Assembly: GCA_002633005.1 (NCBI GenBank)
Contig: NMRA01000028.1
Coordinates: 1,268,223-1,332,222 of the forward strand
Direction: 5' to 3'
DNA: 64,000 nt
DNA from: Phoronis australis
Taxonomy: Eukaryota; Animalia; Phoronida
How positions within the stretch are numbered: position 1 is the first letter of the stretch; every line of letters starts with the position of its first letter. Below are positions 1-13,500 of this stretch, one piece after another. The position numbers and the translations under genes are program-made. Below the pieces are notes generated by a model that did not search any database, had not been told where the DNA came from, and worked only from the letters and a program-made list of their open reading frames with translations.

Positions 1-3000
1 TTTCCCAATAAAAAATATTCCCCTGTCGATACAAAAATGACATCAGCGGTCTTCTCGTACATTGAATGAATCGTTTCTTTTCACGGCTTTGACCCGTGTC
101 GTTCTCAGGTATAACAAAGGGCTCTAGAAGTAGTTAGTTCTCCATGAAACCGGCCAGTAGGAGTAGATGTAAGAGGAAATGGTAATCTAACACTGAGGAT
201 TTTTCACTGTATCTAGATCTTAAGGAACATCATGCACTAAACATAAAAACCCAGACAATTGAATAAAAGATCAATGCGGGCAGAACAATGTTACTATTTA
301 CTTTAAAAAAATGGACACCATTATTTTCAAATAACACAGTGCAATTGAGGATTAAACGTGCTAATTAAGTCACAGGATTATTAATTATACAGCTGTTTCA
401 GGTGAAGGATGGCTTACACTTGTAATTTGCTGTAAAAATGGGACATTTAGATTATTATTTTCAGACTATATTTTATGTTTTATATGAATCCCTTAGATGC
501 AATAATGATGTATTCTAACTAAGTATCACCAAGCACCATAAAGAATATGTTATGGTGAAAAGAGACGAAATCGCACTGACCCCAACTTGGTCACAATGAT
601 AAGTTCGAGTCATGCGCAGTGAAGCACTTCACGCTAAATGTCTCTTACCTCGTGACTGACGGTTGGTAGCGTAGTACAGTTTCACAGCCGTCACATTCCG
701 CTTCGAGGAACAGAAACCTGTTGTATAATCCAATAATAAAACACACCCATGATGGTTACTAGGTAAATTCCTTGGATAAAATCCACAAGTCCTCATCCGA
801 AAGGATTTCACAGTTTTCCACTCTTGTTAAATCCACGATTTTCGGCTTGGTCACCATTGAAATTCTTGTGACGAAATTCATCTTTTCGTTTCCCATATCT
901 AGGAGCGAAAGATAAGATTAAATTCAATGGAATAAAAAGAGTATTGAGCGAAGCAATGCGAACAGCAGCAACCAAGGCAATAGACGTGCAGTCTTTATAA
1001 AGAACGGGCTAATACTGCGCGGCTTCAGTGACTGAATTGCGTTCAAATTACTCGCTTTAGTGTTCTCTGTATTCTAAACAGACCGAGGATGGATCTCTTA
1101 GGCAATGGGCGATATAACGGGGAAAGAAAAGACTCTTTGAAAAATCTAACAATATATTTTTGTAGACCATGATAATAGTCAGAGGCCTTTTCAGCCTCTC
1201 CATTCACAGCCCGTATAGATTTTCTTGAGACACAATAGCCTGTGAATTAGCGACACATAAAAGTTACACAGTGTATCATCGCTACCTTATTCTTATGCAA
1301 AGTATTTTTCACTATGCAGGCCATAGCTGTGTCAGCTTGATCTATTCTGAAGCAATACTCCTCTGTCAGCGGATAGCAAAGTAGACACAGTGCTTTGTCC
1401 ACGGACAATGGCGGATGTTTTTGGGGTCAACTTTCTGAAACGACTATTACAAAACACAGTTCAAATAATCCCCTTACACAAATAACTCGCTTTAATAACA
1501 GACTATTAAATACGTCGAAAAACCAGCCAGGCGATTAAACATAAAATGTGTATTGCATAATCGGAATAATAAAACGCTTTCAGCTAAGACGCCGTCCAGA
1601 TTAAAACATGGAACTCTCCAGTAATAACGATGTAAATTGCATTTTGAAATTATTTTGTACGCGCTCAATGTGGTTATTCAGAGGAAATGTTCAGGAATAA
1701 ACAGATTTAATCTCGCATAAGGACATTTTAAATATCTTCAAACAAAGTTTCATGACCACTGATTAAGACAGCGGGACCAGTGAACATTGTGCAATAAGAC
1801 CTTATATTACACAATTTCTTGTCATGTTGAATTAATACAACGACTAAATATCAGACTGCTGATAGTGCTCTAACAGCACTTTATAAACAGCTTCCCGTAA
1901 AAAGAACAATGGCGGTAATGAATTAAAGATTACACCGAATACCCCAGGGTCGAGGCTATCTCAGGTTGACGCCTTGATTTTAAAGTTCGTCGCAAAATGA
2001 AAGTTTTACACGTAACCTGTCTTGCGAAATATAATGACTTACGAACCATGATTTATCATTGATAACAATACGGAACCGGTTTACTTTTAAGGACTTGGAC
2101 ATTCCTAAAGCTATAAAAACGAAATAAAAACGGTTAAAGTATTAAAAGAAATGGCTAGTATATATTGAATCAAGATGAACTGATCTACGTAGTAAAAACG
2201 TAATAAGCATAGGAGATTAGATGGTTTACGCGATATGATCACGGGCTTCGGATGTACCTACGTTTTAAATGTCTAGTCTCGAATTGAATAGTCTGGGGGC
2301 AGAGGCTTTTGGGTTGGTGAGTTCCGTTAGATCAAGTTCCAGCCCAGTCACAACGCACCCACTAAATCCCGAAGTTCGAATGCTTTTTTCGTTAATTTTG
2401 CTTGCGGAACGAGTAGTTACGAACTGACCGACGAACGCGAAACCAGGGGCGCTTTCCGTAGACGCAGGACACTCGCCAGTAAAGCGCGTGTGACCACGTG
2501 CTTCCGCTGTAATAGATGGCAATGTCTCGTGAAGACTTGCATAATCGCGCTTTTCTCGCGAGAAAATTGCTCTGCAGGACAAAGCCTAGGAAGCAGCGTT
2601 CATTTTTCTTGTCGGTTCCGTGTTTATAGGTAACGGCTATCGTTAGCACGTATGATCTGGCTTTCTTTACAGTCTGCGACCAACCACTCACAGAGTTGCG
2701 GATATTGCACTCATAAATAACCGACACTTGTAAATACCGAGGCAAGTTAATTATAGCTCACCATCTCACTTTCATTTAATGTGTATTTGACAGAAAATTA
2801 TACAATTCATGCTATGCTAACAAGGGATTTCACCAACCAGATGATAGAGTGAGGGAGCCGAATATCAACGCAAATATATAATTATTATACTATTATAAAG
2901 ATGTAAACAGATAACTTGCAATTACAATGTCTAGGTTTAAACACGAACAATTCGCCGAACTCTTGAAGTGCAATATCAAGTCTTGGTCATAAATTAAATT

Positions 3001-4720
3001 TAAGGCAAGGATTAGTTAAAAAATTCCTAAAATGTTCATGTGAATTACAATGTTTAAGCTCTCCGTCAGAGGATATTTTCTGCATGTCATATGCTGTTTC
3101 TCACACGATGAACAAAATTATGCAAAACGTGTATACTGGTGCCAATTTCAAGTGAAATGACGCATTTGCAAAATTTTCTTTCTGGCGTAGTTGCCGACAC
3201 ATCATTACTTATACGGTGACAGTTAAGACCCGTGTTTACTCAAGGGTGACCAACTTGTTTACAGGTGACATTAAACAAAGGAACTCATGTGTGAAACAAA
3301 ACGCAGGCAGATGCATTTGTCCATTCCATTGTGTTACGCACTCTGCAGGTCATAAATCCATAAAAAATTTAAAGACACAATTTTCTTTATTTTCGCTAGT
3401 TTAGAACGCGGAAAGAGTTGCACTGATCTCTCGTAAATTACAGTCCTGCTTGTATTTTCGCTTTTTATTGGCAATTCATAAAAATTGACTTCAGTACCGT
3501 TCAACCGCGGCGGCCATTTTGTTGATGCAGTACCAGCAATTAAAAAAGCATTTTGAAAATTCCAATTTTTTTAAAATTCTTGTCATTTTGAAAATATCTG
3601 ATTGCCCTTAGAATAAATATTGTTTAGAAGTAAGATTAAACACGATTAGTTTCCGGTCATTTCCTGTTATGAAGCGAGAAGAGCATCTTCAAGGGAGAGG
3701 GTCAAGGTCACCAAATTAAAATATTTTGGCCAAAAACATCTCTATTGATTCATATAAACCTAATGAATATGTTTGGATACCATGCGTCCCTGCTAGTAAA
3801 AAGCAAAAAACATGGTATAGAACTGTTGTAACACTGCTACACATTGACTTACGTTTATGTTTATTTATGAACACAGCCCCAGAAATCGCTTTCGCACCAA
3901 ATACAGAGATGACAGAAGGCGAGATCGTCCGATCTTGCGAAGCTGCCGAGGCTTCACCCTCATCTACTCATCGTCAAACCGCTTTAGCATTATATCCAAG
4001 CTCTCATTCATTCTCTTGCACACATTCACAAGTAAGATCGAGCTAAGAGGAGTAGGAGACACATTTTGTGCAATGCTCGATTGTCTAAAAAAAACGATTT
4101 CGTTTATTATAGGCAAGGCAGCAGGCACATTTCTTACCCAAAATTGTTAGAAAGATTGAATCTATTTTAGCTTCATTTTCGTTTGCAAAACCTCACTGAA
4201 AGAAACTGGACCCATACTAGATTACACGAACCATCATTATTCCCATTTTCATTAAAATGCTCCTCGGAAATGAACATAAAAATGAAGTAAAAATAATGGG
4301 ATAATAACTTCTAAATCTAAAACTGACTTTTGGTAAAAAATAAAATGGTATTATAAAAGTGTGTCACTGCGTAACTGACGCACAGCTCAGCAAAAACGAA
4401 TAGATGTGCGCATGCATAGTGCTGAAAAATAAATCTATTGCAGCGATGGAAAATTACTTGGATAGAAGGTATAGAGTCTCACGGAAATGTTTTCAAAGAA
4501 TAAGTCACATAGAAAGATATAACCGATTAACATCAAATATTGATCTTGCTGGGCAATAACTTGTCTTTCGGTAAAAAGTGGTCGCGATGGAAAATTGTTT
4601 TCCGTTTAATAAAGTTGAAAAACAATTAAATGCGTACAATGTAACGTGTGTGCAGCAATCATATCTCTTTACAAGATAATCACTTATTTCCATAAGGTGT
4701 CTCTCAACGCCCGGTCGATC

Positions 4721-4755
4721 TATAAAACCCGAGCTCCGTCACGAGCGTCATTGCT
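4721..4755 (+). promoter_or_regulatory. Candidate Pol II core promoter (TATA + Inr)
   Basis: TATAAAA at 4721 and TCATT (A at 4750) at 29-nt spacing, within a CpG-richer patch. No downstream CDS recognised. Confidence 0.3.
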
Positions 4756-7700
4756 GAGAATCGCGTTTTCCCAAACACACTTGGCGAACGAAATTTAAGA
4801 GTAATTTACCGGATGACACCGATCGTGGTGGATTAGCCAAGAGGCCCTTGATACAGCAGTAATCCGCCTTAATTGACTGGATGGGAAGGCGAACCTATTT
4901 ACTTAGTTTTATGCGCTGACAAATACTCCAAAATGAACCCTTACTAACGCTTGAAACCTTTCACTTCGGGCTTCTGTACCAGTGAAATGTAAACAAGCGG
5001 TCCAAAGGAGTAGATAGGATTTTGGAGGAATGATTATTTCGCCTTTCTTATGACCCCGTTTGAAGATGTCCGCGTGCCTACAGATAGCCATTGACTGTGG
5101 GAGAGAACTGCTGGATTAAGGCGATAATTCCAGATACATATCCTATCGGCAGATGATTAACTGACAGTAGACTAGAAATAGAATAATTTGCCTTGAAATT
5201 GTAACCAATACATGCAACAGAGATGATGAGACAGGACACGAAAATTGCTTGAAAATCCACGGGGAGAACAATTTAAAACTTTTTTTCCGAACAGTTACTC
5301 TACCATAACCGTTTTCTGAAGAATAGACATCAACAGAGATATTGAAAATGTATATTTTGCTACTTGAAATTCACGTCATTGAATTCTCGCCTTCATTAGT
5401 TCCTCTATCCAAATGAGTTAAATTACTGTTTAATGACTTTATTTCCCCTCCAGTAAATGTAAGAGTTAAGTAAAACCGTGGTTACTACTGTTGCGTGGTT
5501 AGAAGATAAGTGCGTCTTTCACTGAGACATTCTTAACTCGTGTTACTTCATTAAATATTAAATTTTTAACTATTTGAAGAATATCAATATCACTTTAGTG
5601 GTATATGTTAATGTTTCGACTTTCAATTTCTTCAGAATAAATTGCATTTTAACTAATTGTATCAACGTGGCTCCTGAAGAGATTGTTTTGGATTTTTATC
5701 GTCTAAAAGTACTTTCCATTTTCACGTGCTTGTTCAAGTTACTTCATCAACCATTAAGTATACCTGAAAGATTAGTTATCAAGATCCTATAATAATATTT
5801 ACCGTTTTTAACTATGGGGATTCCCTATAACTACACAAACGTCCCAGTCTAAATTTGCTGGACCCTTCTAATATTCATTATTTGCCTCACCGTTAATGTG
5901 CACCCAGATGACCCTAATATAATTCTCTCAAGTTTGCCGACACAGCCAACCAGTTTCATGTTTGTAGAGTCAGCCCCGTCCAGATCGAAACACCTTCGTA
6001 TTGTGTTGCAATGTAACTCATTCATTAGACAGTATGTGAATAACAAAAATAAACAAACATCCCAGTTCGAGTAAATATGGATAGGAAAGAGGAGATTACG
6101 ACTGTGTTTCAAGTAGACGTGAAAATGAACTGAAGACGCTTGGTTGGAGAACAATTCCTTGTCGTCATCCATCTCGACATAGGGATTTGCGTTCAGTTGC
6201 GTGGATTTATCACGGCTGGGTGATTTGGTGTGCCAGCAGGCGCCAGCGTGCATTGGGAGACCCAGGTATTAACTGAGTTGGTGACGCCCTGTCAACTGCC
6301 GACCAATCGTATTCGAGGATTAGGAGGCTTGGACAAATTATCGCCTCAAATTCACGACAGTGATCATGTGAACCAATTTCACTTTCATAAGTTTTCATGC
6401 ACCAAAAACTCTCAAAAGCTGTCTGTCCTACAATCAGCCTCCTTTTGACCATAAAGACTCCATGAAACCTTATGATCCTATTTTGGTATTAACTCAACTC
6501 GTTATTTTTGACTGAATTTAAAAGTGCAAACACGTACTCGCAGCACAAGTCCTTCTCTGCGCAACAAAATTTTTGTCTTGTATTCTAACTGTATTAAGAT
6601 AATCATACTGCCACTTTTACAGTAGCGAATAATGAAAACGACGATCATAGATTCTATTATTCTCAGTTTATGCATTGTGATATATTTTATTAGATATAAT
6701 TGAAGTAGCAAAATAAAGTAGGTGCATTTGTATAATTGTCTTATAATAATCCTTGTTTGTATGTTACCACCTGTTGCAAGCGGCAGCACTTTGAGGCACC
6801 TTCGTAATAGCGTGAATCTCTAGAAATTAGCAACTTCAGTTTAACAATTAACAGTTTGCGGCTGTTACGCAACAATGTTTCCGCCAAATAACACATTGAA
6901 GTCAAGCCTAGGTTGTGTAGGACCTTATCGATGATTCTGTACATTCAGCCAAATGTCAACAAGTGTTGGTTTTGACTCAGTAACAGGATATATTTTACGA
7001 AAGTAGAAAGCCTCTAGAGTTACATTGTTTTCTTTATACCAATCTGCCATTAATCAGGTCACGTGACCATGTCTTTGTAGTTAAATTTAGCAAAAAAGAT
7101 ACACTCATAGCAGTATCAACAGCAAACTTTCGTTGAATATGAATAATCAAGATAAAATCTCATAAAAAAGCTAATACAAATTTCTAAATTATCATTTCGT
7201 TAATTAAATACTATTTTTGATAGAGCTCAAGAGCAAAAGGGGAACATTTTAGAAAACAATTCTTGCTTACAGCGTTTCAGAGAAGAATCCATTGGCATAA
7301 CATCAAATACACAACAATGTTCACGATGATTGACAGCATTCGTGTCTCTTGTAATGAATGTATATTTGTCGATCATCAAGAGAACAATTATACAACAGAT
7401 CACCAAGAGATATAGCAACAGCATAAAATGACCGGTCATGTCTCATTTTCAGCAAGAAATAAAATAAAATAAGAGGGAAGTAACAGGAGCGGGCGACGAA
7501 CGCTTGTCCACCGCAAACTGCCCTGCAAGCTTGCGAGGCAACGCCGTGATACTCTCGCCGCTATCGCATCTTCTGTATAATTGTTCTCCCGAGGATCGAC
7601 AAGTATACCGACAATGCGAGTATGCAGGAAAACTACCGACTGTCGCGCGTTCAATGAATTCTGCCTATGAGAGGGTATGCTACAAGAATCCAGCCAACCA

Positions 7701-8993
7701 TTTCTGAGATATGATTTTCTGACGGTAGACAAATTAAACATTTTTGCAGACTAGTCCTATTTATCCTTGACACCTTTTACAGAATGATCTCCTAATGAAG
7801 TGCTAAATAATACCGAATTGTAAATCAAACGAAATCAATGTTCCCGTATTCAAAATGGAACAGCACCATGCTTCAAACGTTCTAAGCCATGTTTGAAACA
7901 TTTCTTGTGCTTTTTCTGCTTTACAAGGCATGCTTACCTGCTGGTATTAATTTTTTATTATGCAGCTGTAAAATATTAGTCGAGCGGTTAGCAAGTGAAA
8001 ATAGTGTGCACTGGATGGTGCTGGGACTTAGCAGAAAGCAAGATAAAAGGTGGAGACATAACTCAATTTCAGCAATGTTTGGATTTACGCCCAGAGAGAA
8101 CCCTTGAGATATGGCAATTGGCCGGATGTGTCTTTCATACATTTAGAGCTGCCCTGCAATCTGTTATCAAGTGAATCATCTTGAAAAAATATAGGCAAGT
8201 AAGTACTTCGGAAACCAAAGCGACGATTCGTGTTGGATATTTGTGTTCGCCGGAAACGCGTGGGGGCACTTGGGGCGTGAGCTGCACATGCGCACATTTG
8301 GAGACTAGATGGATCAAATAACCAAACTGAAAATGTGAGAGGCTGTACGAATTCATTTTACGTTACTGTCGATTCCCATCGTCAGATAGTAGGTAGTAGG
8401 TAGATTGGGGGTGGGGGGTCATGGCTAAAACAACAAAATGGCACCATAGGGCGATCGCGAGCGTCTTTATTTTGCCATGCCGGTCTCCTTCGCGATATTC
8501 CAGATAAGTTACTGAATAAAATCCACAGAATTTCACCAATCCAGGGTTTTCAGTACGCACCTACAGTTTACTCAAAAACAGGTGAGTTAACGAAGTTGTG
8601 AACATGTTATGATAACACATGAAAGCGCTTCTGATGAGGCAAACGTGGAGGTAGGATCTAAATCCCAAGAGCCAGGTATACATGACCCTTCACCGTCCAG
8701 CGACATTTGTTTATTTATTCCATTGAATAATTCACATAGAATGTATGACTAACAGATACAATATGCATGATTATTTCTTTGTAAATTATATAGCTTTAGT
8801 CTATTAGCGGAGATTTGAAGCTTCTCCCGTCATAGAAGCGAAATTTGAATGAGTTGAGGTTAAAACTGACGCTTATAGTAAGTCCATCGTTCATCTGTTC
8901 AAATGTTATTTACTACAAAAACAATCTAAGTTCAATATTTTTTATTTAATCAGATACATTGTACTAATCCTCGATAAAGTGAGCACTCGTTTA

Positions 8994-9180
8994 CAGGGAG
9001 GGATTAAGGATCAAGCTCGATTTAGGAAATAATTCGGGGATACGTCCCTCGCTGGATCGAGGATCCTGACAAAAAGGGGCCTCACAACAGGAACACGTCT
9101 TATTCCTCTACTGCAGTAACACAAAAATGGCCAAGAATGGTGGTTCGGAATCCCGGAACCCTTCTGGATGTGCGCCAGTC
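8994..9180. mobile_element. Degenerate CAG-ended MITE, related family
   Basis: Ends CAGGGAGGGATTAAGG ... CTTCTGGATGTGCGCCAGTC; flanks GTTTA / ATTTA. Confidence 0.45.
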
Positions 9181-10476
9181 ATTTACAAAATGAGCCACAT
9201 GAGAGTATGTCCAACATGTTCCATGATATGACCTTACTGTTCAAAAATGACGTATTTGTATATTTACGTGAACAAAAATGAGAATGCTTTCATGATGTTT
9301 GAAAAAATAAACGTTCTGTGTTTACTTTTATCGCTTGCAATGGGAGATAATGGTTCACGCATACAAGTTTGACCGACAAAAAACGAACAAAAGTTACAAA
9401 TTACACCACACCTGACTTTAAAGGTTGAACAATTACAAACACACTCTTCACACCTTATTAGACGCTATCATTGAGCGAGAACGATCAATAAACAAACTAT
9501 CTCTTTGCTTACAATAAAAAACGTTGCAGAGAACTAGCCGTTTTATGTCAGATTAACAAAAGCAGTATTGAGCACGGGTCGACTTTACTAGACGATCACA
9601 TTGTAAACTTTCCCAAAGTCAACCAAATTTCAACAATAGCGGGTTCGAATACCTATGCGTGACAATCGTGAACAAATAATAGGGTACGGACAGTAATCCT
9701 TTACAGGGAGCGATTTCGCCCTGGGCGTCAATTTTCGTCTTTAAATTAAGGTGATTATATCTAGAATTCCTGTGGTGCACAGGTACGGGCAGGGTCATTT
9801 TAGTGCATCAGAATTTGCACGTGTGCAATCAACCGTAAACTGCTAACGTCAAGATTGGAGTCTCCGGCCGGTATGCGGTTGTCTCCGACACGAGGAAACA
9901 ACGACAATGTCTTCATATAAGCAATGAAATAAGTACGTAGAAGCATCGCCTCATTTATTATGTTCACATATAACAACTGTTTACCGCTGCATATCCAATA
10001 CAAATAAAATACAGGGTTTTAAATGACCAATGACCTAAAGGAGGAAAAATTTCCAGGTGATGTATTGTTCCACAAATAGATAGGCTTGCGTGATAGAAAT
10101 ATTGGTTGTGTTGTAAAATGTAAACCGAAATAACGTTTTTACATGAATAAAGTCAAAACAATGGTAAAAAGGCGAAAAAAGACGAAATTGGAAAACAAAT
10201 AAGAGGAGATCGAAACAAAAAAGAGGAAATCCTCTTAAAAAAAAGAAAATTCCAAGCCCTGGATGACATAAGTATAAGTTCAAAATTAACAAAATTTTCT
10301 GTATCAGAAACATTGTACGTAGCCAAGCCAGTGCCATAATGTTTCGCATTTTTTTTAGTAGCGTTAAGTCACTATGCTGAATATATTTTGAAACGATAAA
10401 GTAGCACCAGTCAATTATGATATTGAATCAACGTATTTTTTAATCGCACGGATATATTGCTTGACAGTAATCGGTG

Positions 10477-10519
10477 GTGAACACATCACGCGGAGTGAAC
10501 ACATCACGCGGAGTGAACA
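10477..10519 (+). repeat. 18-bp tandem repeat x2.4 (GTGAACACATCACGCGGA)
   Basis: Perfect direct tandem copies. Confidence 0.9.
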
Positions 10520-13500
10520 GAATTGCTGGAGCCCGATGTTATGCAATATTTTTCTAATGCATCAAATTTTAGGTTAAACGCATTACGTTGCTTTTATCGT
10601 TCGGCGATTTCCCGGATACGTCAAGATGGAATTTTAATTATGGATTCAAACAGAATTAGTGGCATATTACAATCAACAAAGTCGTCGACTGAACGTAATG
10701 TAGCTTCAATCAATATCTTATGGAGTGACCGTCAAAAGTCATAAACAATGGGTTAGTGGTCTGACCACAGACGTTATGATCAGCGTGGACGTGAAGTCCG
10801 GAACCGAATTTTATCTTTTTCATTTGAAAATATGTTTCCATTTATAAGATGAAAAGAAGACTGACATTTGAAGTAAATATCGCACTCGTACTTTAAAATC
10901 TGTTATCAAAAAGTTACCAGCGAGGGTAAACTGAAGCGAAAGCGTTGCTTTTATCTCCAATGAGACCTGTGTGTTTGCTGCGATTTTAATTTTTGTATTG
11001 GCATTTGGAAAGTTGATTACGTCACTTAACGCAGTTGGAAGCAGGATGCGTAATTCCGTATCAAACTTTCTAATAACCCGCACATACAGTCAGTATACTC
11101 AAGTATGAACGTTTTGTTACGAAATGGAAGCTGCGTGGGAGAGCGTTCGGTGAAATGACAGTCGTCACTAAAATGTTTGGAGAACGCAAGTGGCAAAGTT
11201 GTTTGTGTTACCAAATTAAAAAAGTACCAGCGATCACCAAGCACTCTCTTTCTGCAGTCAACCTCTTAGAAAATTGTATCAGGAAGAATTTCAACATTGA
11301 CAAGTCATTTTACAATTGGACCGTTGTTTTGTATCAGAATAGCGAGACCCGGGTGAGCCCGAAAATTTGAGTACCGTACATGGAGGTGTTTGAGCAAAGG
11401 TTGTTAGCACGGGCAATGAATTAAGGCCGCACGGATGTAAAGACTTCCTTCCCTCACAAACTCTGAATCCGCTCAAGTATATACGTTAACGCGGAATTTG
11501 TACTTTTTGTCGTTAGATCACTAATGTTTGGTTGCAGCACAATTCGGTGGTTAATCGATTGCCGGTAATCGTAAGACCCAGGGCGTTTTTTACTTTTCAG
11601 GTGTCCCAAATTATAAGCTGGGGCGTACTTTCGGAAACAGGTGGTATATAACGGAAAATGTGTCAACGATATCAACAAAGCCTGAGAATCAACACAGGCT
11701 ACACGCGGGTACCGCTAGGTTTATTTTGCATATCAGCAAAAATGTGCCGATATAAAATATGTTATGATTCTCACAATAACTTGCAGCATGCAATTCATCG
11801 AAACAACAGATTTCCGACTGCAGGTGATGCACTGACTGCCCCTCGCCCCCCCCCCCATAACACATTTATCTTATTGTATTGTCTTTTAGATTTGCCGTTT
11901 AACCCACAACATTCTGTCTTAACGAAGCAAGTCTTTTATACTCCAGCTCACATCCTGCTGCGTCACACTCACCCGTAAACATGCAATTTGAGTTCACACT
12001 AGTTAGGGGACCAGAGAGAACTGCCAGACACTTGTCAAGATCATTAAACGCGCATGTGATTATCAGGTAAGAAATTAACTCGTTAGCAAAACCTCGCGGT
12101 AAATATGCTCGCAGTGATGCTGCAAATACGTGGCTTTGTCGAAGGATTCTCCATCAGGATCGTCTGACAGCGAAAAGAATTGGAACTCTTCCGGTACAGG
12201 GGTCCATTTCCTGCATCAAACAAGGAGGCCTCCACAGGGCAATTTCGAACCAACGTCTCTGCAAGTTCGAAAAGCTAATTTGTATATTGTCTTATATTAA
12301 AGTTACTTGTCATTTGATACTTCCAAAATCAAGATGTCCGTTTTCTTACCAAAAATCATGAACAGTGTCATCATGAACATGACATGTCGAAGGTTTTCAA
12401 AAAACCTGGCAAATTTGGTCATAGTTGATATCTAGTTACAAAAACACAAATACGTGATATTTTAGGGCTTTCACACACGTTTCGTGAAATAGTACTTGTG
12501 AACTGTGTGTGAACTGCCCGGAGGCAATCTAAATTAATTTTGACCTCAATCGTTGCGCATCTATAAGCCCATTGTTTGGCCGCCGACGACAGTCACCAAA
12601 GGATGCGTCAGAAATCTGAAATCTACGCAACTAATTGTATATTTTATTGCATATACTCGCCGAGCGACTCTTGCAATCCTGACTTCCGTAGTTTTCAGAA
12701 CTATTTTCACTTCATTTGCAATTAGTTTACTGATTTGGTGGTTCAGTCATGTTTTGGAATTGCGATACGAATTCTCAACGATTTTTTCTCAGCGTGATGA
12801 ATGTTATAAAGTTTCTTGAATGTTCACCAGAGGTCTCTTAATGCTCATTTCAACTTGTGAATGATTGTTGCAAATCGAGTTGATTAATATGCAACGGTAA
12901 ACAATGATAAGATTTATAATCTGATCAACAAACGCCATAAATTACAAAGTCAACAGGTAGTGATATCAACTGTACATGTTAGTACACATACATGTGAATG
13001 AGAAGTAAGAGAGTGGCAAACTATGCATTTAGTTGCTTGCTATCTTCGATAGCAGTTAGAAGAAGTGTACCGACAACGACTTTTTGAATCCAGCATTTCT
13101 GTTTGCCGCCGATTCGACCCAAGCCCTTTAAGTCATGATACATAGTATATCGAAACCAGGAAGTTATTTGATCCCAATATGACATTGTGTGATTTCTACT
13201 TCATCGATCTTTCCATAATCTTTACTGGGGAATTGAATTACTGGAGTTTGGGCCGATGAAATTCCAGTGACAGTAACCATGGCGACGCTAGTGGGTCGGG
13301 ATGTGTCAAAGATTGACAATCACAGGTTTCCTCATCTGATGCAAAAACACACACTTACAAGAGCTAATAGTTCTATAATCATTCCAGTGATCTTTAAAGT
13401 TGACTACTTCTTACGCCACTTTCTGGAAAAGCCATTTTAATAGTAAGGTTTGCGTATTCAGTTATGTTTGAGTCACTAAGGTTTAAATAGTTTGACATGT

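Noticed and set aside
760-896. Minus-strand peptide ...ILSDEDLWILSKEFT resembling a death-domain first helix
   Set aside because: It stops immediately afterwards; too short to support.
1181-1199. AGAGGCCTTTTCAGCCTCT hairpin resembling a histone 3' stem-loop
   Set aside because: The stem/loop geometry deviates from consensus and there is no histone ORF upstream.
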